Below are positions 53,200 through 61,776 of a stretch of DNA of 64,000 bases, one piece after another. The position numbers and the translations under genes were made by a program. Source of the stretch: an uncultured delta proteobacterium (GTDB lineage: Bacteria > Desulfobacterota > WTBG01). The stretch is taken from positions 192,001 to 256,000 of the forward strand of contig CAWCBP010000008.1 in NCBI GenBank assembly GCA_963793865.1, in the 5' to 3' direction. The notes beneath the pieces were generated by a model, which saw only the letters and a list, made by a program, of their open reading frames with translations, searched no databases and was not told the DNA's origin. How positions within the stretch are numbered: position 1 is the stretch's first letter; each line of letters opens with the position of its first letter.

Positions 53200-53759
53200 T
53201 TTGGTACCGCGGTTTGATAATAATCGAAGGCTTGGTTTTTTTTGAATAGACAAATCCCGTAGCTTCACCAGCTGTTCCATATTTCCTGGCGAGTTCATCC
53301 AGGGGCCCGGCATCAAGCGCCCTCATGGGGCAGGCCTCCACGCAGACGGGTTTTCTGTCTGCGACTATCCGGTCAAGACAGAAGGTGCACATCTGCATCT
53401 TGGCTCCCGCTTCCTCCTCGAATTGCGGAACGCCATACGGACAGGCCTTTTTGCAGAGTTATTGACAGGCTATGTTGCCGAGGCAGAGCATCCCGGTTTA
53501 CTACTACTATCCCGTCTTCGGTCCTCTTGCTGATGGCCTTAGCGGGGCACGCGCCGGCGCAGGCCGGTAGCGCGCAGTGATTACAGGAGAGGGAAAGATA
53601 GGAAAGAAAGACATCGGGGTACGTTCCCCGCTCCCGTGAGATGACCCTTCGCCACTGTATCGGACCTGCTGCAATATCGTGCCAGTCCTTGCATGCCACG
53701 CTGCAGGCGTAGCACCCCACGCATCGCGACTGATCAAAATAAAATCCCCATTGTCTCAT
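53141..53759 (-). pseudogene. DmsB-like 4Fe-4S dicluster protein with a frameshift and an in-frame TAA
   Basis: CVGCYACSVACKDW, CNHCALPAC, then after the shift CLGNIACQ*LCKKACPYG and CTFC..CVEACP. Confidence 0.8.
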
Positions 53760-53760
53760 T

Positions 53761-53880
53761 ACTCCGCTACTCCATTACGCTACTACGCCAGCGGCGCTTG
53801 AATACTGGATAGATGGAGTGTTGGAGTAATGAGATATTCCAGTAACCGCAGCACTCCACTACTCCATCGCTCCTGCTCCA
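53761..53880. repeat. Short-unit palindromic repeat cluster (ACTCC/GGAGT units)
   Basis: TACTCCATTAC, GGAGTGTTGGAGTAATG, CACTCCACTACTCCA. Confidence 0.6.
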
Positions 53881-56075
53881 TTACCCAATTCCCCTGCTGT
53901 GTTTTTTCCCTTACCGGCCTTCTCCACCTGCACCAGGCAGGTGTTGCTGCAAAAGGCCCCTGCCGGTGAGTGCTCATCCTTGAGGAGCACGTTGCAGCAG
54001 CCGCCCCGGTCAATCCCCGTGGCGTCGGGATTGTACCATGCCCCCTCGTCCAGGCTCACCACCCCGGGCATGATGCGCTCGGTGACTTTTGCGGGGATGA
54101 CCACCTCACCGCGCTGATTGAAAATTTTCACGCTGTCACCGTTTTTAATATTCCTTGCTCGCGCATCAATGGAATTGATCCAGAGGGTCTGCGGCTCACA
54201 TTCCCTGAGCAGGGGAATGTTGTCCATGTTGGAATGAATCCGCCGCTTTATGTGGGTGGAGATAAACTGCAGGGGGTATTGTGCGGCCAAGGGGTCATTC
54301 CGGCTCTCCCAGGTTTCGAGGTAGGTGGGAATGGGCGGAAGCAGGGGGTTGTTCATGTCCGCCAGGCGCCGGGAGTAAATCTCGATCTTTCCGGATGGTG
54401 TGGGGAAGGGATGCTTTTCGGGGTCTGCTATCTCCTGACTGAAGGAAATGGCGGGCTCCGGGAGATGGATCTTGTGCACGCCTTTCTTTTTCAGGGTGTC
54501 ATAGTCAATCAGGGGTTTTGTATGGGCATGTTCTGCGGCCCCTTTCCAGAACTCCCGCAGCCACTCATCTTCAGTTTTATCGCAATACCCTTCAATGCCG
54601 AGCCGTTTCGCCAGTTCCGCGCAGATCTCAAGGTCTGACTTGGACTCGTGGAGCGAGTCAATGGCCTTGTTGAGATACATATAGTAAGAACCCGAATGCC
54701 AGGGGCGTATGATGTCGTTTCGTTCCAGCTGGGTGTTGACGGGAAGCAGAATATCGGCATACCGGGCGGTGGCGGTCATGAACTGCTCGTGAACCACCAC
54801 GCATTCTATCGCTTTCATTGCCCTGACGGCCTTGTTGGTATTTAAAAACTGGTTTACCGGGTTGCCGTTGGTAATGTAAAGCAGCTTGAAATCGGTTTCG
54901 TAACCGCCGGCTTTTCCCTGTATGATTCCATCCCAGACCTTGGTGATATGCACACCCCTCTTGGGTGAAGTGCCTTCAGGCAGATTGCCCGGCATGGCTC
55001 CCTTGAGCAAGCCGGCCGAGGAGAGAGGCTCGAGGCCCACGGGCACAAGGCCGAACCCGGCAGCATCCCCGCCGGGAATGCCGATGTTGCCGGTGATGGT
55101 CGCAAGGGTGGCGGCCGCGCGGTGAAACTGTTCGCCGAAGGCGGTACGCCCCGGTGCCCCGAGGGTCATCAGGGCTGCGGGTTTGATGGTGGCATACTCG
55201 CGGGCGAGTTCCTCAATGCTTGCAGCCGCCACGCCGGTTATGGTTTCCGCCCAGCGCGGGGTTTTGGGCGTGTTGTCGTCTTTGCCCATGAGGTAGTCCT
55301 TAAACTCCGGGAAGCCGACCGTGTGGGTATCGAGGAATTTCTGGTCCTGCAAACCGGCACATACGATTACATGCGCCATGGCCACCAGCAGTGCAGTATC
55401 GGTGCCCGGTCTGACGGGCACCCACTTCCGGGCAAATGCCGCCGCAGAATCAGTGAATCGCGGGTCAACGGCGATAATGTTAACCCCGGCTTCTCGCGCC
55501 TGGGACAGATACCAGGAGGTGTTGGTGCTCTGGATTGACACGGCGGGGTTCCAGCCCCACATGATGATCAGGCGCGCATTGAGCAGGTCTTCACGGGAGT
55601 GGCCGGTGGTGAGGGTGCCGTAGGTGATGTTTGAGGCGAAAAGGTTGCCCCAGAACGAGGCGGATCCCCAGACGGGCGTAAAACCGCCGAACATGGTGAG
55701 CAGCCGGTTGACCGCCAGCTGGCTGTGCAGAAAGGTCCCCGTGTTGCCGGAATAGGGGACATAAAAAATTGCGGCGTTTCCGTAGATTTTTTTAACGCGC
55801 TGCAGCTCATCGGCCACCCGATCCAGGGCTTCGTCCCAGCTGATGCGCTCAAATTTCCCCTCGCCCCGTTCCCCGACCCGCCGCATGGGGTATTTGAGAC
55901 GATCGGGGGAATACACGCGATGGCGGTATGCCCGGCCCCGCGCGCACGCCCTGAGCTGCGGCTCCTCACCGCTATCGCTCTCAATCCGGGTGATCACCCC
56001 GTCTTTCACATGCAGCTTGAGTACGCACCGCCCGCCGCAATCATGAGGACAACTGGTTATTACTTCTTTCTCCAT
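53859..56075 (-). CDS. DMSO reductase family molybdopterin oxidoreductase, DmsA-like, no Tat signal
   Basis: CPHDCGGRC, RACARG, RLKYPM, TARYADILLP, TPSGKIEIYS, EGAWY. Confidence 0.9.
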   Translation of the reverse strand: MEKEVITSCPHDCGGRCVLKLHVKDGVITRIESDSGEEPQLRACARGRAYRHRVYSPDRLKYPMRRVGERGEGKFERISWDEALDRVADELQRVKKIYGNAAIFYVPYSGNTGTFLHSQLAVNRLLTMFGGFTPVWGSASFWGNLFASNITYGTLTTGHSREDLLNARLIIMWGWNPAVSIQSTNTSWYLSQAREAGVNIIAVDPRFTDSAAAFARKWVPVRPGTDTALLVAMAHVIVCAGLQDQKFLDTHTVGFPEFKDYLMGKDDNTPKTPRWAETITGVAAASIEELAREYATIKPAALMTLGAPGRTAFGEQFHRAAATLATITGNIGIPGGDAAGFGLVPVGLEPLSSAGLLKGAMPGNLPEGTSPKRGVHITKVWDGIIQGKAGGYETDFKLLYITNGNPVNQFLNTNKAVRAMKAIECVVVHEQFMTATARYADILLPVNTQLERNDIIRPWHSGSYYMYLNKAIDSLHESKSDLEICAELAKRLGIEGYCDKTEDEWLREFWKGAAEHAHTKPLIDYDTLKKKGVHKIHLPEPAISFSQEIADPEKHPFPTPSGKIEIYSRRLADMNNPLLPPIPTYLETWESRNDPLAAQYPLQFISTHIKRRIHSNMDNIPLLRECEPQTLWINSIDARARNIKNGDSVKIFNQRGEVVIPAKVTERIMPGVVSLDEGAWYNPDATGIDRGGCCNVLLKDEHSPAGAFCSNTCLVQVEKAGKGKNTAGELGNGAGAME

Positions 56076-56200
56076 TGGGGTCAGACCTTGACATTGGACA
56101 CGTAGTTCGCTACGATGAACCCGACACAGATAGCATATTAACAGTTCCTATACCAATTATGTCAACAGGAAAATTCAAGGGCTGACCCCAACACACAAAG

Positions 56201-56851
56201 ATGGGTGACATGAAAAAGGATGATTCAAGCAAAGTGCGGATTGCAAAAATCATTTCTCTTTTAAAGAAGCGCTATCCGGATGCCAGGTGTGCTCTGCATT
56301 TTAACAGCCCCTTAGAGTTGCTGGTTGCCACTATTCTATCAGCGCAGTGTACTGATGAGCGGGTCAACAAGGTTACCGCGGATTTGTTCAGGAAATATAA
56401 AACGGCGGAGGATTATGCCCGGGTTAAGCAGGAGGTTCTGGAAACGGATATCAGGTCAACCGGGTTTTACAAAAACAAAGCCAAAAGCATCATCAACTGC
56501 TGCAAAAAGATGGTGCAGCTGCACGGCGGAAAGGTTCCGGGCACGCTGGAAGAGCTGGTGGCGCTTGACGGGATCGGTCGCAAGACGGCCAATGTCATTC
56601 TGGGCAACGCCTTCGGTGTCCCGGGGATTACCGTGGACACCCATGTGAAACGGGTGTCGTATAGGCTGGGGCTCACGAAACATCAGGATCCGGTGAAAAT
56701 TGAGTTTGATTTGATGAAGCTGGTGCCGCAGAAAGAGTGGACCAACTTTTCCCACCTGGTGATCTTTCACGGCAGATACACCTGCATGGCCAGAAAGCCG
56801 ATTTGTGAAAGTTGTGTCATTGCGCAGCTTTGTCCCAGGGTGGACGTATAA
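56201..56851 (+). CDS. nth: Endonuclease III
   Basis: LLVATILSAQCTDERVN, GIGRKTANV, VDTHV, CxARKPxCxxCxxxxxC. Confidence 0.97.
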   Translation: MGDMKKDDSSKVRIAKIISLLKKRYPDARCALHFNSPLELLVATILSAQCTDERVNKVTADLFRKYKTAEDYARVKQEVLETDIRSTGFYKNKAKSIINCCKKMVQLHGGKVPGTLEELVALDGIGRKTANVILGNAFGVPGITVDTHVKRVSYRLGLTKHQDPVKIEFDLMKLVPQKEWTNFSHLVIFHGRYTCMARKPICESCVIAQLCPRVDV

Positions 56852-56941
56852 ACGCCTGCTCATTATCATCGTGATGTATGTATGCGACGGTAGTTTTCCT
56901 TCCAGCAGAGCTTAACCGCGGGGCAGAGCACATACTCTTAT

Positions 56942-58282
56942 ATGGTGGCGAGGGAAGTCAGCATGGATGGAACGGTTATTGTTGGTGCGGGTGTGGCCGG
57001 TTTGACCGCGGGATATCTGCTTTCCCGGTCGGGTCATAAAGTTATCGTGATCGAGAAGGAGGATCGGGCGGGGGGATTGGCGAGGAGCTTCTACTATGAT
57101 GATTTTATCTTCGACATCGGACCGCATCGTTTCCATACCGATGACAAAGAGGTATCAGCATTCATAGAGGAAATTCTCGGGGAGAGGAAAATTGTCCTTC
57201 CCCGCTGCAGCGGCGTTTGGATGTTCGGACATTACCATGACTGGCCGCTCAATTGGAAGGTTCTTTTTAAGCTCCCCGCGTCTGTCATTTTCCGCACCAT
57301 GCCGGATCTCCTCTCCAGAAAAGCTCAGCAGGGCAGCAGTTTTGAAGATTACATTGTGAGCCGGTACGGTAAAACACTCTATGATGTTTTTTTTAAGCCC
57401 TACACGGAAAAATTTTTAAAGCTGCCTCCTCACCGGGTGCACGCCACCTGGGCGGAATCGGGAATCGATCGGGCGGTGATCGATAAAAAGGTTCAAATGG
57501 GAAGTTTATTTGAAGTGGTCAAAACCGCCTTGCTTCCCGCCCCGGTTAAAACAAATTTCCTCTATCCTTCCGATGGCGGTATAGATGTGTTTAGCCACAA
57601 GATGGCTTCACTCATCGAAAACAACGGCGGCGAGGTTCTCCTGAATACCGTAGTTGATGCTATCGAATGCGAAGGATCAGCCATAAAGTCCATCTCCTGT
57701 GGTGGCAGGAACATCCGGCCCGATCTGATCATTTGGACCGCACCGCTTACCACGCTCAGCACACTGTTGGGGCTTCCGCGACCTGATATCAGCTATCTCT
57801 CCATTGTGCTGTACAATGTGGAGACGCGGGGACCCTGCAGAACAAAGTATCAGTGGTGTTACTATGGTCAGCAGGACACGACCATAAATCGCATTTCGGT
57901 TCCCGCCTTGTTTTCTGAGCGTGCAGCTCCTCGGGGGCGCACCGGTATCTGTGCGGAAGTAACCTGCATGGAAGGCGATGCCGTATGGACGCACCCGGAT
58001 GGGTTAATCAACACGGTCATTCAAGATTTAGTTAAGGTGAAATTGCTCAAGGATGAAAGCGAAGTGGGGCGCATCCATATTGAAAAAATTCTCAATACCT
58101 ACCCGGTGTATGATATCGGGTATCCCCGGAAGCTGGAGAAGGTTATGGGGCTGCTCGCACCATACCAGCGGTTGCGGCTTTTAGGCCGGACAGGAACCTT
58201 CTGGTACAATAATATGGATCATTCCATACGCATGGCCTTGGATTTGGTGCATGGCCTGCCAGTGAGAAGAGGCGGGGAGTAA
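56942..58282 (+). CDS. FAD-dependent oxidoreductase (UDP-galactopyranose mutase/HemY superfamily)
   Basis: GAGVAGL, GGLARS, FDIGPHRF, GRTGTFWYNNMDHS. Confidence 0.8.
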   Translation: MVAREVSMDGTVIVGAGVAGLTAGYLLSRSGHKVIVIEKEDRAGGLARSFYYDDFIFDIGPHRFHTDDKEVSAFIEEILGERKIVLPRCSGVWMFGHYHDWPLNWKVLFKLPASVIFRTMPDLLSRKAQQGSSFEDYIVSRYGKTLYDVFFKPYTEKFLKLPPHRVHATWAESGIDRAVIDKKVQMGSLFEVVKTALLPAPVKTNFLYPSDGGIDVFSHKMASLIENNGGEVLLNTVVDAIECEGSAIKSISCGGRNIRPDLIIWTAPLTTLSTLLGLPRPDISYLSIVLYNVETRGPCRTKYQWCYYGQQDTTINRISVPALFSERAAPRGRTGICAEVTCMEGDAVWTHPDGLINTVIQDLVKVKLLKDESEVGRIHIEKILNTYPVYDIGYPRKLEKVMGLLAPYQRLRLLGRTGTFWYNNMDHSIRMALDLVHGLPVRRGGE

Positions 58283-58399
58283 TGCCTGAACACAATGCAG
58301 GGTTGTACCGGCATCATGTGAAGATGTGGGAATGGCGTTGAGGTCGATATGCGGGGGGCATGTTCCCCGGGTAGCTCTTCTGCTTGTACGTGGACGGTC

Positions 58400-60091
58400 A
58401 TGATGGTACAGGAGAAAGAACAAAAAAACCTTCTTCGGGGGGTGCTGCTCATTTGTCTGATCGCCGTGTTGTTGCGAGCCCCCTACGTCACGGTCCCTTT
58501 TTTTAATGTTGATGAAGCGCTCATTGCGGTTATGGCGGATACGATTTTAGATGGCGGGGTGCTTTATAGAGATGTGTGGGAGCACCAGACCCCGGTGGCC
58601 TACTATATCTATGCCCTGGTCTTTTTTATTTGTGGAAAAAACAACATGACCGCCATTCACCTCTTCGGCATCCTCTGGATCATTCTGTCGGCACTGATGA
58701 TTGGCAGGCTGGCCGACGAAGCGTTTGGCCGCGTCAAGCACCTGGGCCTCCTTGCCGGTCTATTTTATGTAATCTATATCTCCAGCTTTGAGAGCTGGGA
58801 TGTGCTGGCGGTGAACACGGAAATGCTGCTGGTCCTCCCGGTAACCGCCGCGGCTGTCTGCCTATTCCGCGGTGAAAAAACTGCCCGTGGGGCTTTCTTT
58901 GCATGTGCCGGGGCGCTGTGCGGGCTGGGGGCCATGACCAAACAAACAGCCGGGCTGGTGCTGCCGGCAATGCTTTTTCATCTCATGCTTACCCCCGCCA
59001 TATGCAAAAGAAACGTGCCCTGGAACGAAAGGATAAAAAGGTCGCTTCTGGCGGCCGGGGGATTCACCCTGGTCATTGCCGGCTTCGCCGCATATTTTTG
59101 GCGGCAGGGCGCTCTGGAGGATTTTTTTTATTTAACCGTCATCCATCCCTATCAGTATTCATCAGCGATGGATCCGCATTATTTTAAGTGGCGGCTCAAG
59201 ATAAAAACCCTCGAAATCGTTCTGCCCCATTTTCTTCTCTGGAGCATGGCGGGTTTGAGCTGCGCTTACATGCTGTGCAGGACCATCACCGATTGTTTGT
59301 CCGGGCATAAGCAGTCTTCAGGCGCGTGGGAAACGCAGGCAGGGTGCTTTCTCATATTATGGCTTTCTGCTGCGCTGGCCGGAGTTGCAATGAGCGGCCG
59401 TTTTTTTGGCCACTACTATATTCAGGCCTTTCCGGTGCTGGCACTCATGGCCGCCTACGGCGTCTTAAGGCTGCCTGCATTATTGCTGAGGGAAAGGTTT
59501 GCCGCACCGGTTGTGAAGAGGCTGATTTGGGTGGCGGTCCTCGTGGGAATGCTTATTCCGGTGATACAGTACCAGACGCAATATATCATGCGATTTATTG
59601 TCCAAAGAGATAATCCCCAGGTAACCCATGACATGGTTGAGGCCAGTTTCAGACCGGTGGCCGATTATGTCCGTACCCATACCCGGCCTGAGGATACCGT
59701 TTTTGTATGGGGGTTTTGTCCGCAAATTTATGTTCTTGCCGATAGAAATCCGGCGTCGAGATTCATTTTTTGCAATTTTCTAACCGGCAGCATGACCGAG
59801 TCCGCCCTCGACTTTGAACCGCAGGCGGAAACTGATGACTGGATTACGCCGGGCAGCTGGAACATGCTGGAGGATGACCTTGGTAAAACGAAGCCGCAGT
59901 GTATTGTTGATGTGACTCCTTCCAGCTATTTGAATTACGCAAAGTATCCCATAAGAAAATATCCATACCTTGCGGCATTACTGGATCAGCATTATCAATT
60001 GGCCGCGACCATAAGCGAAATGGATATATACCAACGCAGCGGCTCTGCCGCACACCGCCGGTACCGGACAGGGCCGGCATTAATCATGTGA
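58400..60091 (+). CDS. GT-C fold (ArnT/PMT-like) glycosyltransferase
   Basis: NVDEA..GVLYRDVWE, multiple TM helices, FGHYY, periplasmic C-terminal domain. Confidence 0.8.
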   Translation: MMVQEKEQKNLLRGVLLICLIAVLLRAPYVTVPFFNVDEALIAVMADTILDGGVLYRDVWEHQTPVAYYIYALVFFICGKNNMTAIHLFGILWIILSALMIGRLADEAFGRVKHLGLLAGLFYVIYISSFESWDVLAVNTEMLLVLPVTAAAVCLFRGEKTARGAFFACAGALCGLGAMTKQTAGLVLPAMLFHLMLTPAICKRNVPWNERIKRSLLAAGGFTLVIAGFAAYFWRQGALEDFFYLTVIHPYQYSSAMDPHYFKWRLKIKTLEIVLPHFLLWSMAGLSCAYMLCRTITDCLSGHKQSSGAWETQAGCFLILWLSAALAGVAMSGRFFGHYYIQAFPVLALMAAYGVLRLPALLLRERFAAPVVKRLIWVAVLVGMLIPVIQYQTQYIMRFIVQRDNPQVTHDMVEASFRPVADYVRTHTRPEDTVFVWGFCPQIYVLADRNPASRFIFCNFLTGSMTESALDFEPQAETDDWITPGSWNMLEDDLGKTKPQCIVDVTPSSYLNYAKYPIRKYPYLAALLDQHYQLAATISEMDIYQRSGSAAHRRYRTGPALIM

Positions 60092-60102
60092 CCGTGATTT
60101 AG

Positions 60103-61743
60103 ATGAATGCCAGGCAGATCAGGGATATCGCGATCATCATTATAGCTGCGCTCATGGTCATGGGCGTTTACTGGTATCGGGAGTGGACATGCACGGCCGG
60201 GCATTATGGCGTCCCTCTGGACGACGCGTGGATACATTATCATTTCGCCTCAAATCTTGTTCAGGGAAACGGCTTTGTTTACAACCTTGGTGAACCGGTG
60301 TCAGGATCGACATCTCCCTTATGGGTCTTTGTACTGGCCGGCGCTTTTTTTCTGAGCGGGGAGTTTCTGGTCACCTCCAAAATACTGAGCGGGCTCTTTT
60401 TCCTCGGCACCGCCGCGGCCGTTTACCTGTTTGCCCTGCAACAGGGATATCAAAGGCGCATCGCACTGCTATCCGCCCTGCTTACGGTTATGGCGGGCCG
60501 CTTCGGCTGGGCATCTCTTTCCGGAATGGAGGTGACCCTTTTTACTTTTTTAAGCATGGTGGCGGTGATGCAACACTGCCGTGACCGCAGAGAAGGCAGG
60601 AACGGCCTGTCGACTGCGGTGCTCTTTGCGGTTGCATCACTGGTGCGGCCTGAAGGTTATGCGCTTTTTACCTTTGCCACCATCGATACCATGCTGGAGA
60701 TGAGATACACCCGGGAACGCGGCTGCGTGATCACGCTACGAGCTGTTCCGCTGCTGCCGGTTTGCCTCTATCTGGTTATCATCGCCCCGTACCTGATCTT
60801 TTCCTACTACACGACAGGTCACTGCCTGCCTCAAACCTACTACGCCCAGAATGAACTTTTCGGCCTGCTGAAGCGACTGGAGTATCTCAAGCAATATGTG
60901 GCAAGCATGTGGGATGATCATCCGCTCCTTTTTTTCTTTATACCCTTCGGTATCGGTGGTTATTTTCAAAGCATACTGAAGCGCGGCACGGAAAAAACTC
61001 ACGGAGTTTCCCTGCTGCTCCTTTTCTGGACCGTCGGATATCCCCTGCTGGCCATGCTTATTGCGCCGAATGCGCGGCACTACCATCGTTATATGATGCC
61101 GCTCATCCCGTTCTACATGGTAATCGCCGCGGGGGGCTTTGACCGCTTTCTCAGCGCGGCCGGGGACTTCTGTAATCGCCTGGAGCTGGTATCCCGGCTT
61201 GGGAAATGGACGGTTTCTTCACGCCCTGCCGCCATCGCTGCATATATGGTGGTGATCGGCGTGTCAGTTTTCTTGTCGGTGGCGGTCTGGTCACACCGGT
61301 TTGCCGGCGACGTGGAAAACATCAACAGTCAGCAGGTTGCCATGGGCAGGTGGGTGAAAGAACACATACCGCCGGAGAAGGTAATTGCCCTGAGCGATAT
61401 CGGGGCCATAACCTTCATTGCGCAGCGGAAAAAAATTATCGACATGGTGGGATTGGTGAATCCCGAACTGCTCGACGCCGTGCGAAATTCAGAAAAGGCG
61501 TATCAGGATGTGCTGCTCGATTTTCTTCACCAGCACAAGCCGGATTACATAATAACCCACCCTACCTCCTATCCCCGGCTGATTGCCGAGAAGGCAGTAC
61601 TGCAGGAAATCTACTCCATCGAGCTGCAACAGTATAGCGGCATGAGCGCGGGGCGAACCATGGCGGTGTATAAAACCCATTGGGATGATTTTAAGGAAGT
61701 TCCCGAGGAGGCGCATGAGGTTGATCTGCCGGTGATGCGATGA
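60103..61743 (+). CDS. GT-C fold membrane glycosyltransferase-like protein
   Basis: LDDAWIH..NL..G.G..YN.GE..SGSTSPLW, SGME, RPEG, RY..P, DIGAI..DMVGLV. Confidence 0.78.
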   Translation: MNARQIRDIAIIIIAALMVMGVYWYREWTCTAGHYGVPLDDAWIHYHFASNLVQGNGFVYNLGEPVSGSTSPLWVFVLAGAFFLSGEFLVTSKILSGLFFLGTAAAVYLFALQQGYQRRIALLSALLTVMAGRFGWASLSGMEVTLFTFLSMVAVMQHCRDRREGRNGLSTAVLFAVASLVRPEGYALFTFATIDTMLEMRYTRERGCVITLRAVPLLPVCLYLVIIAPYLIFSYYTTGHCLPQTYYAQNELFGLLKRLEYLKQYVASMWDDHPLLFFFIPFGIGGYFQSILKRGTEKTHGVSLLLLFWTVGYPLLAMLIAPNARHYHRYMMPLIPFYMVIAAGGFDRFLSAAGDFCNRLELVSRLGKWTVSSRPAAIAAYMVVIGVSVFLSVAVWSHRFAGDVENINSQQVAMGRWVKEHIPPEKVIALSDIGAITFIAQRKKIIDMVGLVNPELLDAVRNSEKAYQDVLLDFLHQHKPDYIITHPTSYPRLIAEKAVLQEIYSIELQQYSGMSAGRTMAVYKTHWDDFKEVPEEAHEVDLPVMR

Positions 61744-61776
61744 CCGGTTCATATCGCCGGCGGATACACGAAGCGT

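Noticed and set aside
53761..53880. Short repeats as a CRISPR array
   Set aside because: Units are about 8 nt, degenerate, in both orientations and without spacers
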